From NCBI GenBank assembly GCA_963702435.1, contig CAVPCR010000001.1, positions 1,248,001 through 1,312,000 of the forward strand: 64,000 nt of DNA, in the 5' to 3' direction. The position numbers and the translations under genes are program-made. A model generated the notes under the pieces. It was not told where the DNA came from, ran no database searches, and saw only the letters and a program-made list of their open reading frames with translations. Source of the DNA: Candidatus Eiseniibacteriota bacterium (GTDB lineage Bacteria > Eisenbacteria > RBG-16-71-46 > CAVPCR01). Positions 44,829 through 54,395 of the stretch are shown in pieces; position 1 is the stretch's first letter, and every line of letters begins with the position of its first letter.

Positions 44829-46325
44829 TCAGGGCAACCGCACGATGGCGACGGAGAGCGGCTTCCCGCCGGCGGTCCCGAGCCGGGCATGATAGACGCC
44901 GGCGGCGGTGATGTGGCCGCGCTCATCGCGGCCGTCCCAGACTGCTTCGGCTGCGCCCGCCGCGCCGGAAAACTCGAGCCGCCGAACGACGCGGCCGTTC
45001 GCGTCCACGATGTCGAGGGTGGCACCGCGCGTGGCGAGCGGGGCCGCGATGCGAACGGATTCGCCGGCGCCGGCCGGGTTGGGCGCGACTCGGAGTGAGA
45101 CCGCCGGCGCCGCCACCGGCTCGGGCAACGCGCTCGTGCCGCTCGGGAGATACACGGTCGTCCGGTAGATACGGCCGAGGCCCGAGCGCGAGCCGGCGCA
45201 CCACAGCGAGACCGAGTCGGGGCTCACACGCGCCCAGTCGATGCCCTTCATCTCACAGCTGGTGTCGGCGTCGAGGTTCCAGCTCGAGCCGCCGTCAGTA
45301 GTGCTCCAGATGCCGCCCACCGCACCGAAGTAGTTGCCGCCGACCGCGAAGCCAAGCGCCTCATCGAGAAAGAGCAGAGAGCGAATCGGGTAGGGTGCAT
45401 TGAGAACACGTCCGCTCCAGGTCGCTCCGCCATCGGTCGTGCGATGCACCCAGCCCGAGACCGGGGCCGAGATCTGCCCGCCGCCGGTCCAGCCGTGCAT
45501 GGGATCGACGAAACACACTCCGCCGTCGAAGACCGGATCGATGCTCGGCCGGCGCGAGTACGACAGGCCGCCGTTGGTCGACTGACAGAAGCTGATGCCG
45601 GTGAGATAGACGTAGAGGTTGTCCGGCATGAACGTGAAATTGCCCGCGAACCAGCCCTGGGTGGGATCCGCGAGAATCCGCGTCCAGTCGGTGGATGTTG
45701 CGCCACCGTTCGTCGTCACGTAAGTGAGGCCGGAGCCGATCGCGGTCGCCACCCCGTGCCGGCGGTCGGCGAACTGGTTGATGGTGAGCCAGTTGCCCGG
45801 GTCGATCACGATATCGGCGGTCCAGGTGACGCCGCCGTCGGTGGACCAGCGCGCGATGCCGGCCCCCGTCTGGTTCTGGAACCCGGTGATGAAGACCGAG
45901 TCCGCCGTGAAGGCGTGGACGCCGTACCAGTAGCGAGGGAAACCGATGTTCATGACGGGCTGCCAGGTTGTCCCGTCGGTGGTCCGGTAGACGCGGCCGA
46001 GCTCGGCCGCGGCGAAGCCATGCGTGGCGTCGGCCATCGAGAGGTCGGTGAACACTCCGTCGTTCTGCGCCTGCAGGGTCCACGAGAAACTGTCGGAGGA
46101 CGGTTGAACCGGGGGCTGGAGGGCGTTCGCCGCCGCGAGCCCGGGGCCGCTCTTCGGGAGCCGATCGACGACCGTGACCCCGTCGGCGGCGATCAGCTGC
46201 TGGACGACGGCCGGCGCCTCAGCGGGAGCCGGAGCGCTGGCGACCAGGGCGGCGAGGGGGATGGCGACGAGCGGAAGATGGCGGAAGAGAGCCGAGCGGA
46301 GCAGGGCGTGCACGTGCCGGACCAT
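44829..46325 (-). CDS. Secreted BNR/YCF48-like beta-propeller protein with FlgD-Ig tail
   Basis: Repeated (S/T)TDGG.(T/S)W Asp-boxes and tail APNP...VDANGRVVR...WDG...GVY. Confidence 0.85.
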   Translation of the reverse strand: MVRHVHALLRSALFRHLPLVAIPLAALVASAPAPAEAPAVVQQLIAADGVTVVDRLPKSGPGLAAANALQPPVQPSSDSFSWTLQAQNDGVFTDLSMADATHGFAAAELGRVYRTTDGTTWQPVMNIGFPRYWYGVHAFTADSVFITGFQNQTGAGIARWSTDGGVTWTADIVIDPGNWLTINQFADRRHGVATAIGSGLTYVTTNGGATSTDWTRILADPTQGWFAGNFTFMPDNLYVYLTGISFCQSTNGGLSYSRRPSIDPVFDGGVCFVDPMHGWTGGGQISAPVSGWVHRTTDGGATWSGRVLNAPYPIRSLLFLDEALGFAVGGNYFGAVGGIWSTTDGGSSWNLDADTSCEMKGIDWARVSPDSVSLWCAGSRSGLGRIYRTTVYLPSGTSALPEPVAAPAVSLRVAPNPAGAGESVRIAAPLATRGATLDIVDANGRVVRRLEFSGAAGAAEAVWDGRDERGHITAAGVYHARLGTAGGKPLSVAIVRLP

Positions 46326-46620
46326 GGGGGCCTCCTCGGGTGGCTGTCGACCATGCTGGTCGAGTTCGATTCTACACCCTTGAAACCCGGTCGGCCGTGG
46401 GGATACGACGAGCCCCGCTCGTCGCTGACAACTCGGTTTGCTCAAGTGACAACGCCGTTGGCGGCGAAAGGAGAGGCGGTCGGGTAGTGCGCCGAAAACG
46501 GCCTCTTTCCAGGATCTGGGCCGCGGGCACGATCCATGCAGGATGCTGATTCCGGAGTCCCGTGCCGGAGAAGGCGCCCGATGGAGCGGGGTAGCAATCA
46601 CGCGGGCGGCGGCTGAGGGA

Positions 46621-46905
46621 GGGGAGTTCACAAGACCCGACAGCGTTTGCCGCACGGCCGCGGTGGCGGCGGGGGCAGGCGCGAGAGTTCACAAGACCCG
46701 ACAGCGTTTGCCGCACGGCCGCGGCGGTGGCGGCGGCAGGCGAGGGAGTTCACAGGACCCGACAGCATTTGCCGCACGGCCGCGGCGGCGGGGGCAGGCG
46801 AGGGAGTTCACAAGACCCGACAGCGTTTGCCGCGCGGCCGCGGCGGCGGGGGCAGGCGAGGGAGTTCACAAGACCCGACAGCGTTTGCCGCACGGCCGCG
46901 GCGGC
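46621..46905 (+). repeat. Intergenic tandem repeat, 5 copies (periods 61, 61, 58, 58 bp)
   Basis: Core GAGTTCACAAGACCCGACAGCGTTTGCCGCACGGCCGCGG, with GTTCACA at 46626, 46687, 46748, 46806 and 46864. Confidence 0.95.
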
Positions 46906-46945
46906 CTCTGGAGGCGGCTTGCCGCAGGAGGCAAGTTGGGCCCGA

Positions 46946-47866
46946 TCAGAGACGGCGAGCCGGGTCGAGATCCGAGTCGGAGCCCCGGTGCGCACGGTCT
47001 TCGGGCCCCATCGCAGAGGGCGGCGCTCCCAGATCTCCGGATACGGGCGACGAGCCCCGCTTGAGAAGGCGGTAGGCGAGCAGCAGGCCGCCCAGCGCCG
47101 CATAGACAGCCGTCAGCCCGACATAGAGAACCGACATGGCCAGGGCGTGCGTCTCCGCCCCCGGCAGGTCGATCTCCTTGAAGAAGAAGACGTATCCCGC
47201 ATCGCGCAGACCGAGCCCGTAGATGGAGATCGGAATGGACTCGAGAATCGTGATGATCGGCACGAAGACCAGGAAGTCGACCAGGGGAACACGAAGCGCC
47301 AGGGATCGAGCCAGAAGGAACACGGCCACTGAAATCAAGAACTGGAACAGGAACGAGATGCCGATGATCCTGCCTATGAGAGTGGGGTGCTCGCGATAGG
47401 ACCGGAACGAGACGAAGAGCCGATCCACGAGGCGATCGAGCCGGGGAATGCGCCGGAGGCCTAGAGCCGTCAGGAGCCGGCGGCTGTAAGCCGGCCACAG
47501 GAGGGCCGATGCCAGTCCCAGCAGGGCACAGAGCAGCAACACGGCGAAGATGATGTAGTTGTGGTGGCCGATCGAGCTGTAGGTGACGACGGAGAACAGA
47601 GCGCAGATCACTGCGAGGGCGATCAGTCCCGACAGCCGGTCGGCAATCACGGCAGCCGCGGACTTGGCGACGCGGCCGCGGCCGACGCTCGCCACGCGAT
47701 AGGTGTCGCCGCCGACCGTGGAGGGCATGAACAGGTTCAAGAATGTGCCGATGAGGTAGCTGCCGAAGAGATGGGGGAGAGACAGCCGGATCCCATCCAC
47801 TTCCAGCACCTTGCCGGCGAAAATGGCGGGTCCGCGCCTCATGTTCTCCCGGGGGTTCTCGGCCAC
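46946..47866 (-). CDS. Lysylphosphatidylglycerol-synthase TM / flippase-like protein, possibly N-terminally truncated
   Basis: YLIG.F.N.FMPS.VGGD.YR, DRL.GL and PISI.GLGLRD. The usual first TM helices are not seen. Confidence 0.7.
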   Translation of the reverse strand: MAENPRENMRRGPAIFAGKVLEVDGIRLSLPHLFGSYLIGTFLNLFMPSTVGGDTYRVASVGRGRVAKSAAAVIADRLSGLIALAVICALFSVVTYSSIGHHNYIIFAVLLLCALLGLASALLWPAYSRRLLTALGLRRIPRLDRLVDRLFVSFRSYREHPTLIGRIIGISFLFQFLISVAVFLLARSLALRVPLVDFLVFVPIITILESIPISIYGLGLRDAGYVFFFKEIDLPGAETHALAMSVLYVGLTAVYAALGGLLLAYRLLKRGSSPVSGDLGAPPSAMGPEDRAHRGSDSDLDPARRL

Positions 47867-48174
47867 CCGAATCGGGCCGGGGCCCGGCCTCGCACGGCGT
47901 GGAGGCAGCTGTTCGCAGTGTGCGACCGCGCCGGGCGCATCGTCGAGGGAAAGTCGGAGCCACGCAGCAGAGGGTTATCCCTCAGTATGTACCCTTCGGC
48001 CCGGCTGCGTGCAGGACAGGATTCCGGTGCCTGCAGAGCATGCTGCTTGTATCCATTGATGTTGTCACCGCATATTCCCCCGTAGTATCCTCCATTTATG
48101 CAGGTTTCTATGCTCAAAGACCCGACCCGCGGAAAGCTGAGGCGGTTCCCCGCACGCCACGTATAATGTCTCGA

Positions 48175-50634
48175 ATGCAGGGCTCGACCCCCCCGGATCG
48201 CGCTGCGCGCTGGGCGCTCCTCGCGCTCTCCTTCCTTCTCCTCACCCTCGAGCTCGCGCAGATCCGGCTCTTCTCGTACTCGCTCTTCCCGACGGTCGTC
48301 TACGTCGCGATCGCGATCACGCTCCTCGGCCTGGGCGCCAGCGGATCGGTCCTCGCGCTCGCGCCCCGGCTCCTCCGCGCCGAGCCCCGCGCCGTCGCCG
48401 CCCGGGCCACACTCGCCTTCGCCGTCACCGTACCGCTCGCTCACTTCGCGTTCGCGCGCCTCGTCGAACCGCGAAAAGTAGCAGTACTTGGTGAGTACCC
48501 GCTCCTCGTCCTCCTCCTTGCCGGCCTCACCGTGCCCCACTTCTTCCTCGGACTTGCGCTCGCCCGCCTCCTCGCCGCCCCCGCGGATCAGGTGGCGCGC
48601 CGCTACGGCGCGAACCTCCTCGGCTCGAGCCTCGGCTGCCTCGCCTTCATCCCGCTCCTCCCCCACCTCGGGCTCGAGCGGATGATCCTCGGTGTCGCCT
48701 GCGGCGGGGCGCTCGTCGCTCTCGCGCTCGCCGGCAGGCGACTCCGGCGGCTCGCAATCGGCTCCGTCGTCGTCGCCGCCGTGCTCGCCCCGGCCACGAT
48801 CTCCGCCCCCACCCTCATCGATTTCCCGCCGCGCTACGGCCAGCTCGAGGCGCTTGCCACCGTCGTCCGGCAGGCACCTCGGCCGGCGCCCGCCCTCGGG
48901 GGAACTCCTCCGTCGCTCGCCATCCGCCGCGAGTTCTCGGTCTGGGATCCGGTCGGTCGCATCGAGATCCACTCGCTCGGCGACGACCGCGTTTTCCTGC
49001 CCGCCCCGGTCGAGTCCCGCTTCTACAGCCAGGACGGCTCGAACGGCTCGATCCTGATCGCCTTCCCCCCCGACTCGGCCGCCGGCGCCCCCTTCTTCAA
49101 GGGCACGGTCTACGGCGCCGCGTACTTCGGCGGCCCGCCCGACTCGGTGCTCGTGATCGGGCTCGGGGGCGGCCCCGACATCTTCACGGCGCTCCACTAC
49201 CGGGCCCGCTCGGTGACCGGAGTCGAGATCAACCAGGCGGCGATCGCCGCCATCGAGGGCCCGCTCGCTGACTTCCTCGGCGATCCCTACCGCCGGCCCG
49301 GCGTCCGCATCGTCTGCGCCGATGGCCGCGGTTTCCTGCGCCGTACCACGAGTCGTTACGATGTGATCCAGCTCTCGGGCGTGGACACCGGCACCGCGCT
49401 CGCTCCCGGCTCGAACGTCCTGGCCGAGAACTACCTGTACACGCGCGAAGCGATCCACGATCTCGTCGCCGCGCTCGAGCCCGAAGGCGGCGTTCTCTCG
49501 ATCCTCCGCTTCGGCCAGGACGCCCTTCGCCTCGCGCTCATCAGCTGCGAGGTGCTGCGCACCGACTTCGGAGCGGCTGCGCCGGGCGGGCACCTGGTCG
49601 TCGTCGGCCAGGGCTTCTGGCAGAGCCTCCTCGTCAAGCGCACCCCCTTCACGGCGGAGGAGCTTGCCGAGCTCGACGCGCACCTCCGCAGCGGCGCGGA
49701 GCTCCCGCGCGTACGGATCCCGAGCTACGAGTACCTCGGGTTCGGACTCGAATCGTCGCTCGGCTACGTCTACCATCCGCGCGCCCGGGTCCCGTCGTAC
49801 ATGGCTGAGTTCCACGATCTCGTCGCAGCCGGGCGGGAGGCCGAGCTCTTCGCGCGCCTGCCGCGGCTCCTCCGCTCGGTGACCGACGACCGGCCGTTCT
49901 TCTTCTTCAACTTCTTCGGCGAGCTGAGGCCCCTCGTGCTCTTCCTCGCGCAGATCGCGGCGCTCGCGGCCGCCTTCATCCTCCTCCCGCTCGGCGCGCT
50001 CCGGCGGAGCGCCCGCGAGAGCGGGACGGCCGCTCCCGGCCTTCTCCCCGTCCTCGGCTACTTCTTCGCCCTCGGCGCCGCCTATCTGGTCGTCGAGGTC
50101 GTTCTCATGCAGCGCTTCGTGCTCTTCCTCGGGCACCCGAGCTACTCGATCTCGGTCACGCTCGCGGCGCTCCTCCTCTGGTCGGGCCTCGGCGCCCTCG
50201 CCACCGGCCGGCTCGCGCGGACCGCGAGCGCCCGGCTCCTCGCCATGCGCGGCGCTCTCCTCGCGGTCGCGATCGTCGTGCTCCTGCTCGCGCTCGACGT
50301 GCACGCGCCGCTTCTCGCCGCCGCGAGCGGCACCGGACTCGCCGCGCGCGCCGCACTTGTCTTCCTGCTCGTGGCCCCGCTCGGCTTCCTGATGGGAATC
50401 CCGTTCCCGGCAGGGCTCGGCCTCCTCGCCGGCGCCGCACCCCGGGCCGTGCCCTGGGCGATCGGGGTCAACGGCTTCGCCTCGGTGATCGCCGCCGTCG
50501 GCAACGTCCCTCTGGCCATGGTCTGGGGCTTCCGCGCGGTGCTCCTCCTCGGCGGCGCGCTCTACCTCGCCGCCCTGGCGATGACGCTCGTACGCGCGCG
50601 ACCGGAGCCGGGAGCGGACGGCGAGGTCTTGTGA
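48175..50634 (+). CDS. Membrane-bound spermidine-synthase-like SAM-binding protein
   Basis: Multiple TM helices flank VLVIGLGGG.D, VEIN, DGRGFL, YDVIQL, ENYLYT.EA and TDDRPFFF. Also FLGHPSY and MG.PFP.GL. Confidence 0.85.
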   Translation: MQGSTPPDRAARWALLALSFLLLTLELAQIRLFSYSLFPTVVYVAIAITLLGLGASGSVLALAPRLLRAEPRAVAARATLAFAVTVPLAHFAFARLVEPRKVAVLGEYPLLVLLLAGLTVPHFFLGLALARLLAAPADQVARRYGANLLGSSLGCLAFIPLLPHLGLERMILGVACGGALVALALAGRRLRRLAIGSVVVAAVLAPATISAPTLIDFPPRYGQLEALATVVRQAPRPAPALGGTPPSLAIRREFSVWDPVGRIEIHSLGDDRVFLPAPVESRFYSQDGSNGSILIAFPPDSAAGAPFFKGTVYGAAYFGGPPDSVLVIGLGGGPDIFTALHYRARSVTGVEINQAAIAAIEGPLADFLGDPYRRPGVRIVCADGRGFLRRTTSRYDVIQLSGVDTGTALAPGSNVLAENYLYTREAIHDLVAALEPEGGVLSILRFGQDALRLALISCEVLRTDFGAAAPGGHLVVVGQGFWQSLLVKRTPFTAEELAELDAHLRSGAELPRVRIPSYEYLGFGLESSLGYVYHPRARVPSYMAEFHDLVAAGREAELFARLPRLLRSVTDDRPFFFFNFFGELRPLVLFLAQIAALAAAFILLPLGALRRSARESGTAAPGLLPVLGYFFALGAAYLVVEVVLMQRFVLFLGHPSYSISVTLAALLLWSGLGALATGRLARTASARLLAMRGALLAVAIVVLLLALDVHAPLLAAASGTGLAARAALVFLLVAPLGFLMGIPFPAGLGLLAGAAPRAVPWAIGVNGFASVIAAVGNVPLAMVWGFRAVLLLGGALYLAALAMTLVRARPEPGADGEVL

Positions 50635-50672
50635 TAGCTTTGTGAGAAAGGCCATCTGTCAGGAGGGGATTC

Positions 50673-51419
50673 ATGGGCGAGGCAATGCGGGGCGGGGCGT
50701 CGGAACGCCTCATCGTGGCGCTCGACATCCAGGGATTCGACGCGGCGAAGCGGCTCATCGACGAGCTCACTCCGGTGGTCGGCGGGTTCGCCATCGGTTA
50801 CATCGCCATGGCCGAAGGATGGGACCGGCGGGCGGTCGATCTCATCCGCGAGCGCCACGAGAAGACGATCATCTTCTACGATCCGCATCTCAATGCGACC
50901 CCGCGGATCACGGCCACGGCCGTCGCCGCCTATGCCCGCTGGGGCATCACGCACCTGAGCGTCTGCGGCACCGCCGGCCAGGACTCGATCCGTGCCGCCG
51001 TCGAGCAGCGCGGTCCGATCGACATCGTGGTCACGACCGTGCTGACCTCCTTCGACGAGAATGCCATCCGCTGCGAATACGGTCGCCGGAGCGACGAGGT
51101 GGTGAGCGAGCACGCGCGCGCGGCGAACCTGGCGGGCGCGCAGGCGCTCCTCTGCTCGCCGCAGGAGCTCAAGATCATCCGCCAGTACTCCCACGTGGAG
51201 CGGCTGACCAAGATCGTGAACGGCATCCGCTTCCGCGACACCCCGCTCAAGAAGGACGATCTGCAGCGCATCCTGTCGCCGGGCGAGGCCATCCGCGCCG
51301 GAGCGGACTACCTCCTCGTCGGCCGGCCGATCGTCGAGCCGCCGGCCGGGATCGGATCGCCGCGCGCCGCGGTGGATCGCATCCTCGCCGAGATCGAGGC
51401 TGCCCTGTCACCCGCGTGA
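50673..51419 (+). CDS. OMP-decarboxylase (PyrF)-fold protein lacking the catalytic residues
   Basis: LIVALD, VLTS, CSPQE, GIR and GADYLLVGRPI are retained, but KVG is replaced by AIG and DxKxxDIPxT by DPHLNATPRI. Confidence 0.8.
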   Translation: MGEAMRGGASERLIVALDIQGFDAAKRLIDELTPVVGGFAIGYIAMAEGWDRRAVDLIRERHEKTIIFYDPHLNATPRITATAVAAYARWGITHLSVCGTAGQDSIRAAVEQRGPIDIVVTTVLTSFDENAIRCEYGRRSDEVVSEHARAANLAGAQALLCSPQELKIIRQYSHVERLTKIVNGIRFRDTPLKKDDLQRILSPGEAIRAGADYLLVGRPIVEPPAGIGSPRAAVDRILAEIEAALSPA

Positions 51420-51465
51420 TTCCGGCTGCCCCCGCGCACTCGGTTGCACATCGAGAGGATTAGCG

Positions 51466-52878
51466 ATGATTCGCCGTCTGTCACCCGCTCGCCATGCCGG
51501 CACCGCCGGCACCGCAGCCACCGCCGGCACTGCAACCACCGCGGCCACCGCCGGCCTCGCCGTGCTTGCCTCCCTGCTCCTCGTCCTCGCCGCCGCGTTC
51601 GCGCCGGCCCCCGCCCTCGCCCAGGACTTCCCGCTCGCGGACTTCAAGCTCGAGAACGGTCTCCGGGTGATCCTGCAGCCAAACGATGCCGTTCCTTCGA
51701 TCTGCCTCGGCATCGCGTTCCACGCCGGGAGCAAGAACGAGCGACCCGGCATCACCGGGATCTCGCATCTCTTCGAGCACATGATGTTCAACGGCTCGAC
51801 CCTCTATCCGCCCAAGGAGTTCGACCGCATCCTCGAGGGCGGCGGCGGCTACTCGAACGCGTTCACCTCCGATGACATGACGCTCTACCACGAGGAGTTC
51901 AACCCGGAGCTCCTCCCTACCGTGCTCGCCATGGAGGCCGATCGCATGCGCGCGCTCAAGATCGACGCCGAGAACGTCGAGCAGGAGCGCGGCATCGTCC
52001 AGGAGGAGCGGCGGCTCCGCGTCGACGACTCGCCGCGCAGCCGGCTCTACGAGGAGCTCCGCGCCGTCGCCTTCGACGCCCACCCCTATGGCATCCCGAC
52101 CATCGGCTGGATGAAGGATCTCGAGCGCATCACGGTCGCCGACTGCCGGGACTACTTCCGCACCTACTACGCGCCGAACAATGCCGTCCTCTGCCTGACC
52201 GGCGCCTTCGATCCGCAGGCCGCCCGCCCGCTGATCGAGAAGGCCTTCGGCGACATCCGGGCGCAGGCACCACCCACCCCCGTCGTCGAGTCCGAGGACC
52301 CGCAGCTCGGCGAACGCCGCCTCGAGGTGGAGCTGCCCGCCGAGCAGCCGGCCGTCCTCGCCGCCTATCACATGGTCGGGCGCACGCACCCGGACTACCT
52401 GGCCTACGACCTCCTCACCAACATCCTCGGCCTCGGCGAGAGCTCGCGCCTCCACCAGGCCCTGGTCTACGACGCGCAAGTCGCCTCGGACGCCGAGTGC
52501 TTCCTCGACGGCAGCGAGCACCCCGGCCTCTTCTACCTGTGGGTCGACGTGACCCCGGGGAAGACGCCGGCGGAGGCGGTCGCCGCCATCGATTCAGTCG
52601 TGGCCCGGCTCGTCACCGCGGGAGTGACGCCGGACGAGGTGGAGAAGGCGCGGAGCCAGGCGCAGGGCGCCGTCGTGCGCGGGCTCACCACCAACAGCTC
52701 CCGCACCGAGCACCTCCTCACCTACCAGGTGCTGAACGGCGACTACCGGAAGCTGCTCTCGATCGTCGCCGACTACGACCGGGTGACCGCGGAGGACGTG
52801 ACGCGGGTCGCGCGGGAGAGCCTCGTTCCGAGGAACCGGACGATCGGCATCCTGGTGCCGGCGCGCGACAGGATGTGA
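51466..52878 (+). CDS. M16 family zinc peptidase, catalytic subunit
   Basis: SHLFEHMMF (HxxEH), NAFTS.D, EERR and HPY. Confidence 0.92.
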   Translation: MIRRLSPARHAGTAGTAATAGTATTAATAGLAVLASLLLVLAAAFAPAPALAQDFPLADFKLENGLRVILQPNDAVPSICLGIAFHAGSKNERPGITGISHLFEHMMFNGSTLYPPKEFDRILEGGGGYSNAFTSDDMTLYHEEFNPELLPTVLAMEADRMRALKIDAENVEQERGIVQEERRLRVDDSPRSRLYEELRAVAFDAHPYGIPTIGWMKDLERITVADCRDYFRTYYAPNNAVLCLTGAFDPQAARPLIEKAFGDIRAQAPPTPVVESEDPQLGERRLEVELPAEQPAVLAAYHMVGRTHPDYLAYDLLTNILGLGESSRLHQALVYDAQVASDAECFLDGSEHPGLFYLWVDVTPGKTPAEAVAAIDSVVARLVTAGVTPDEVEKARSQAQGAVVRGLTTNSSRTEHLLTYQVLNGDYRKLLSIVADYDRVTAEDVTRVARESLVPRNRTIGILVPARDRM

Positions 52879-52933
52879 GGCGATTCATGAGGGGACGGAC
52901 ATGAGGCGAGACATGAGGCGAGAGGAAGGACCG

Positions 52934-54364
52934 ATGCTGACGGCCGGACGCAGGATTCCGCGCGGCGCCGCGGCTTTTCTCGCGGCGCTCCTGGGGCTGG
53001 CCGTCGCCGGCGATACCGCGGCCCAGACGATCCGGCTTCCCGCGACGCGCACGATCGACCTCCCGAACGGGCTCCGCGTCGTGCTCGCCGAGGATCATTC
53101 GCTCCCGCTCATCGAGGCCGATCTGCGCATGCCGGCCGGTTCGGCGGTCGAGCCGCCGGAGCGCGAGGGGCTCGCCAACTTCACCGCCGAGCTCCTGACC
53201 CAGGGCACGGCGACCCGCTCGGCAACCCAGATCGCCGCGGCCGTGGATCGGATGGGTGCGACCCTGGTCGCCGCGGCCGGGCGCGACGATCTCCGTCTGA
53301 GCCTCTCCGTCATGTCCCGCCAACGTACCGCCGCGCTCGAGCTTCTTGCCGATTGCGTGATCGACCCGTCGTTCCCGGCCGGCGAGGTGGAACGCATCCG
53401 CACGCGGCTCGCGGCGGGTCTCAAGCAGATGGCCGAGGATCCGGAGACGCTCGCCGACGTCGCGCTATGGCGCTCCGCGTTCGGCACCGACCCGTACGGA
53501 CGCCGCCTGCGGGGCGGGGAGGCAAGCCTCGCCGCGATCACGCGGGAGGACCTCCGGGCCTTCCACCGGGACCACGTCGTGCCGCGCGGCGCGGCGCTCG
53601 CGCTCGTCGGCGATTTCGATGCGGCGAGCATGGAGAAGGAGATCGCGGCCCTCTTCGGCCGATGGCAGGGCGGCGCGGCCGAGTCCGCCGACCGACCGGC
53701 GGCCGCTCAGCCCGCGGCGCCGCCACCCGGGCCCCCTCCATCCCGCACGCTCCTCATCGCCAAGCCCGAACTCGAGCAGTCGCAGATCCGGATCGGTTAC
53801 CGCGGCCTCGAACGCGGCCACCCCGACGAGCCGGCGCTCCTCGCCGCCTCCACCATCCTCGGCGGCGGCTTCACGTCGCGGCTTCTGCAGGAGATCCGGG
53901 TCGAGCGGAGCCTGAGCTACGAGGCCTATTGCCAGCTCATCCAGGACGGGCGCGCCGGGCTCCTGCGCGTCGTCACCTTCACGAAGAACGAGACCACGCG
54001 CGAGACGATCGACGTCGCGCGCGCGGAGATCGCGAAGTTCCGCTCCGCAGGGCCGACGGCGGAGGAGCTCGCGCGGACGCAGAGCTTCCTCGCGGGCATG
54101 GTGGCGCGGAGCCTGCAGGCGCCGGCGGATATCGCGGCGAACCTGAGCATGGTCGCCTTCTACGGGCTCCCCGCCGACTACATCCCGCGCCGGGTCGAGC
54201 GCCTGCGCGCCGTCCAGGTGGACGATGTCCGCCGGGTGGCCGCCACCCACTTCGCGCCGGAGCGGATGGCGCTCGTCGTGGTCGGCGATCCGGCCGCGGT
54301 CAAGGACCAGCTCGGCGGGCTCGGGCCGCTCGAGGAAGCGGGCTTCGCGACGCTCATCGAGTAG
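52934..54364 (+). CDS. M16 family peptidase, non-catalytic partner subunit
   Basis: GLANFTAELL replaces HxxEH. Also GGGFTSRL..EIR.E.SLSY. Confidence 0.88.
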   Translation: MLTAGRRIPRGAAAFLAALLGLAVAGDTAAQTIRLPATRTIDLPNGLRVVLAEDHSLPLIEADLRMPAGSAVEPPEREGLANFTAELLTQGTATRSATQIAAAVDRMGATLVAAAGRDDLRLSLSVMSRQRTAALELLADCVIDPSFPAGEVERIRTRLAAGLKQMAEDPETLADVALWRSAFGTDPYGRRLRGGEASLAAITREDLRAFHRDHVVPRGAALALVGDFDAASMEKEIAALFGRWQGGAAESADRPAAAQPAAPPPGPPPSRTLLIAKPELEQSQIRIGYRGLERGHPDEPALLAASTILGGGFTSRLLQEIRVERSLSYEAYCQLIQDGRAGLLRVVTFTKNETTRETIDVARAEIAKFRSAGPTAEELARTQSFLAGMVARSLQAPADIAANLSMVAFYGLPADYIPRRVERLRAVQVDDVRRVAATHFAPERMALVVVGDPAAVKDQLGGLGPLEEAGFATLIE

Positions 54365-54395
54365 CCGCGAGCAAGCGCCGGTGACCGCCGCTCCT

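Noticed and set aside
46621..46905. CRISPR array
   Set aside because: The inter-core segments are near-identical GGC-rich sequences rather than unique spacers, and no cas genes or AT-rich leader are present in the window.
47870..48130. Gene or RNA in the lower-GC patch upstream of the flippase-like gene
   Set aside because: No convincing ORF or structure. It may be a degraded fragment, but this cannot be supported by eye.
50673..51419. Functional pyrF
   Set aside because: Three of the four catalytic tetrad residues are substituted.
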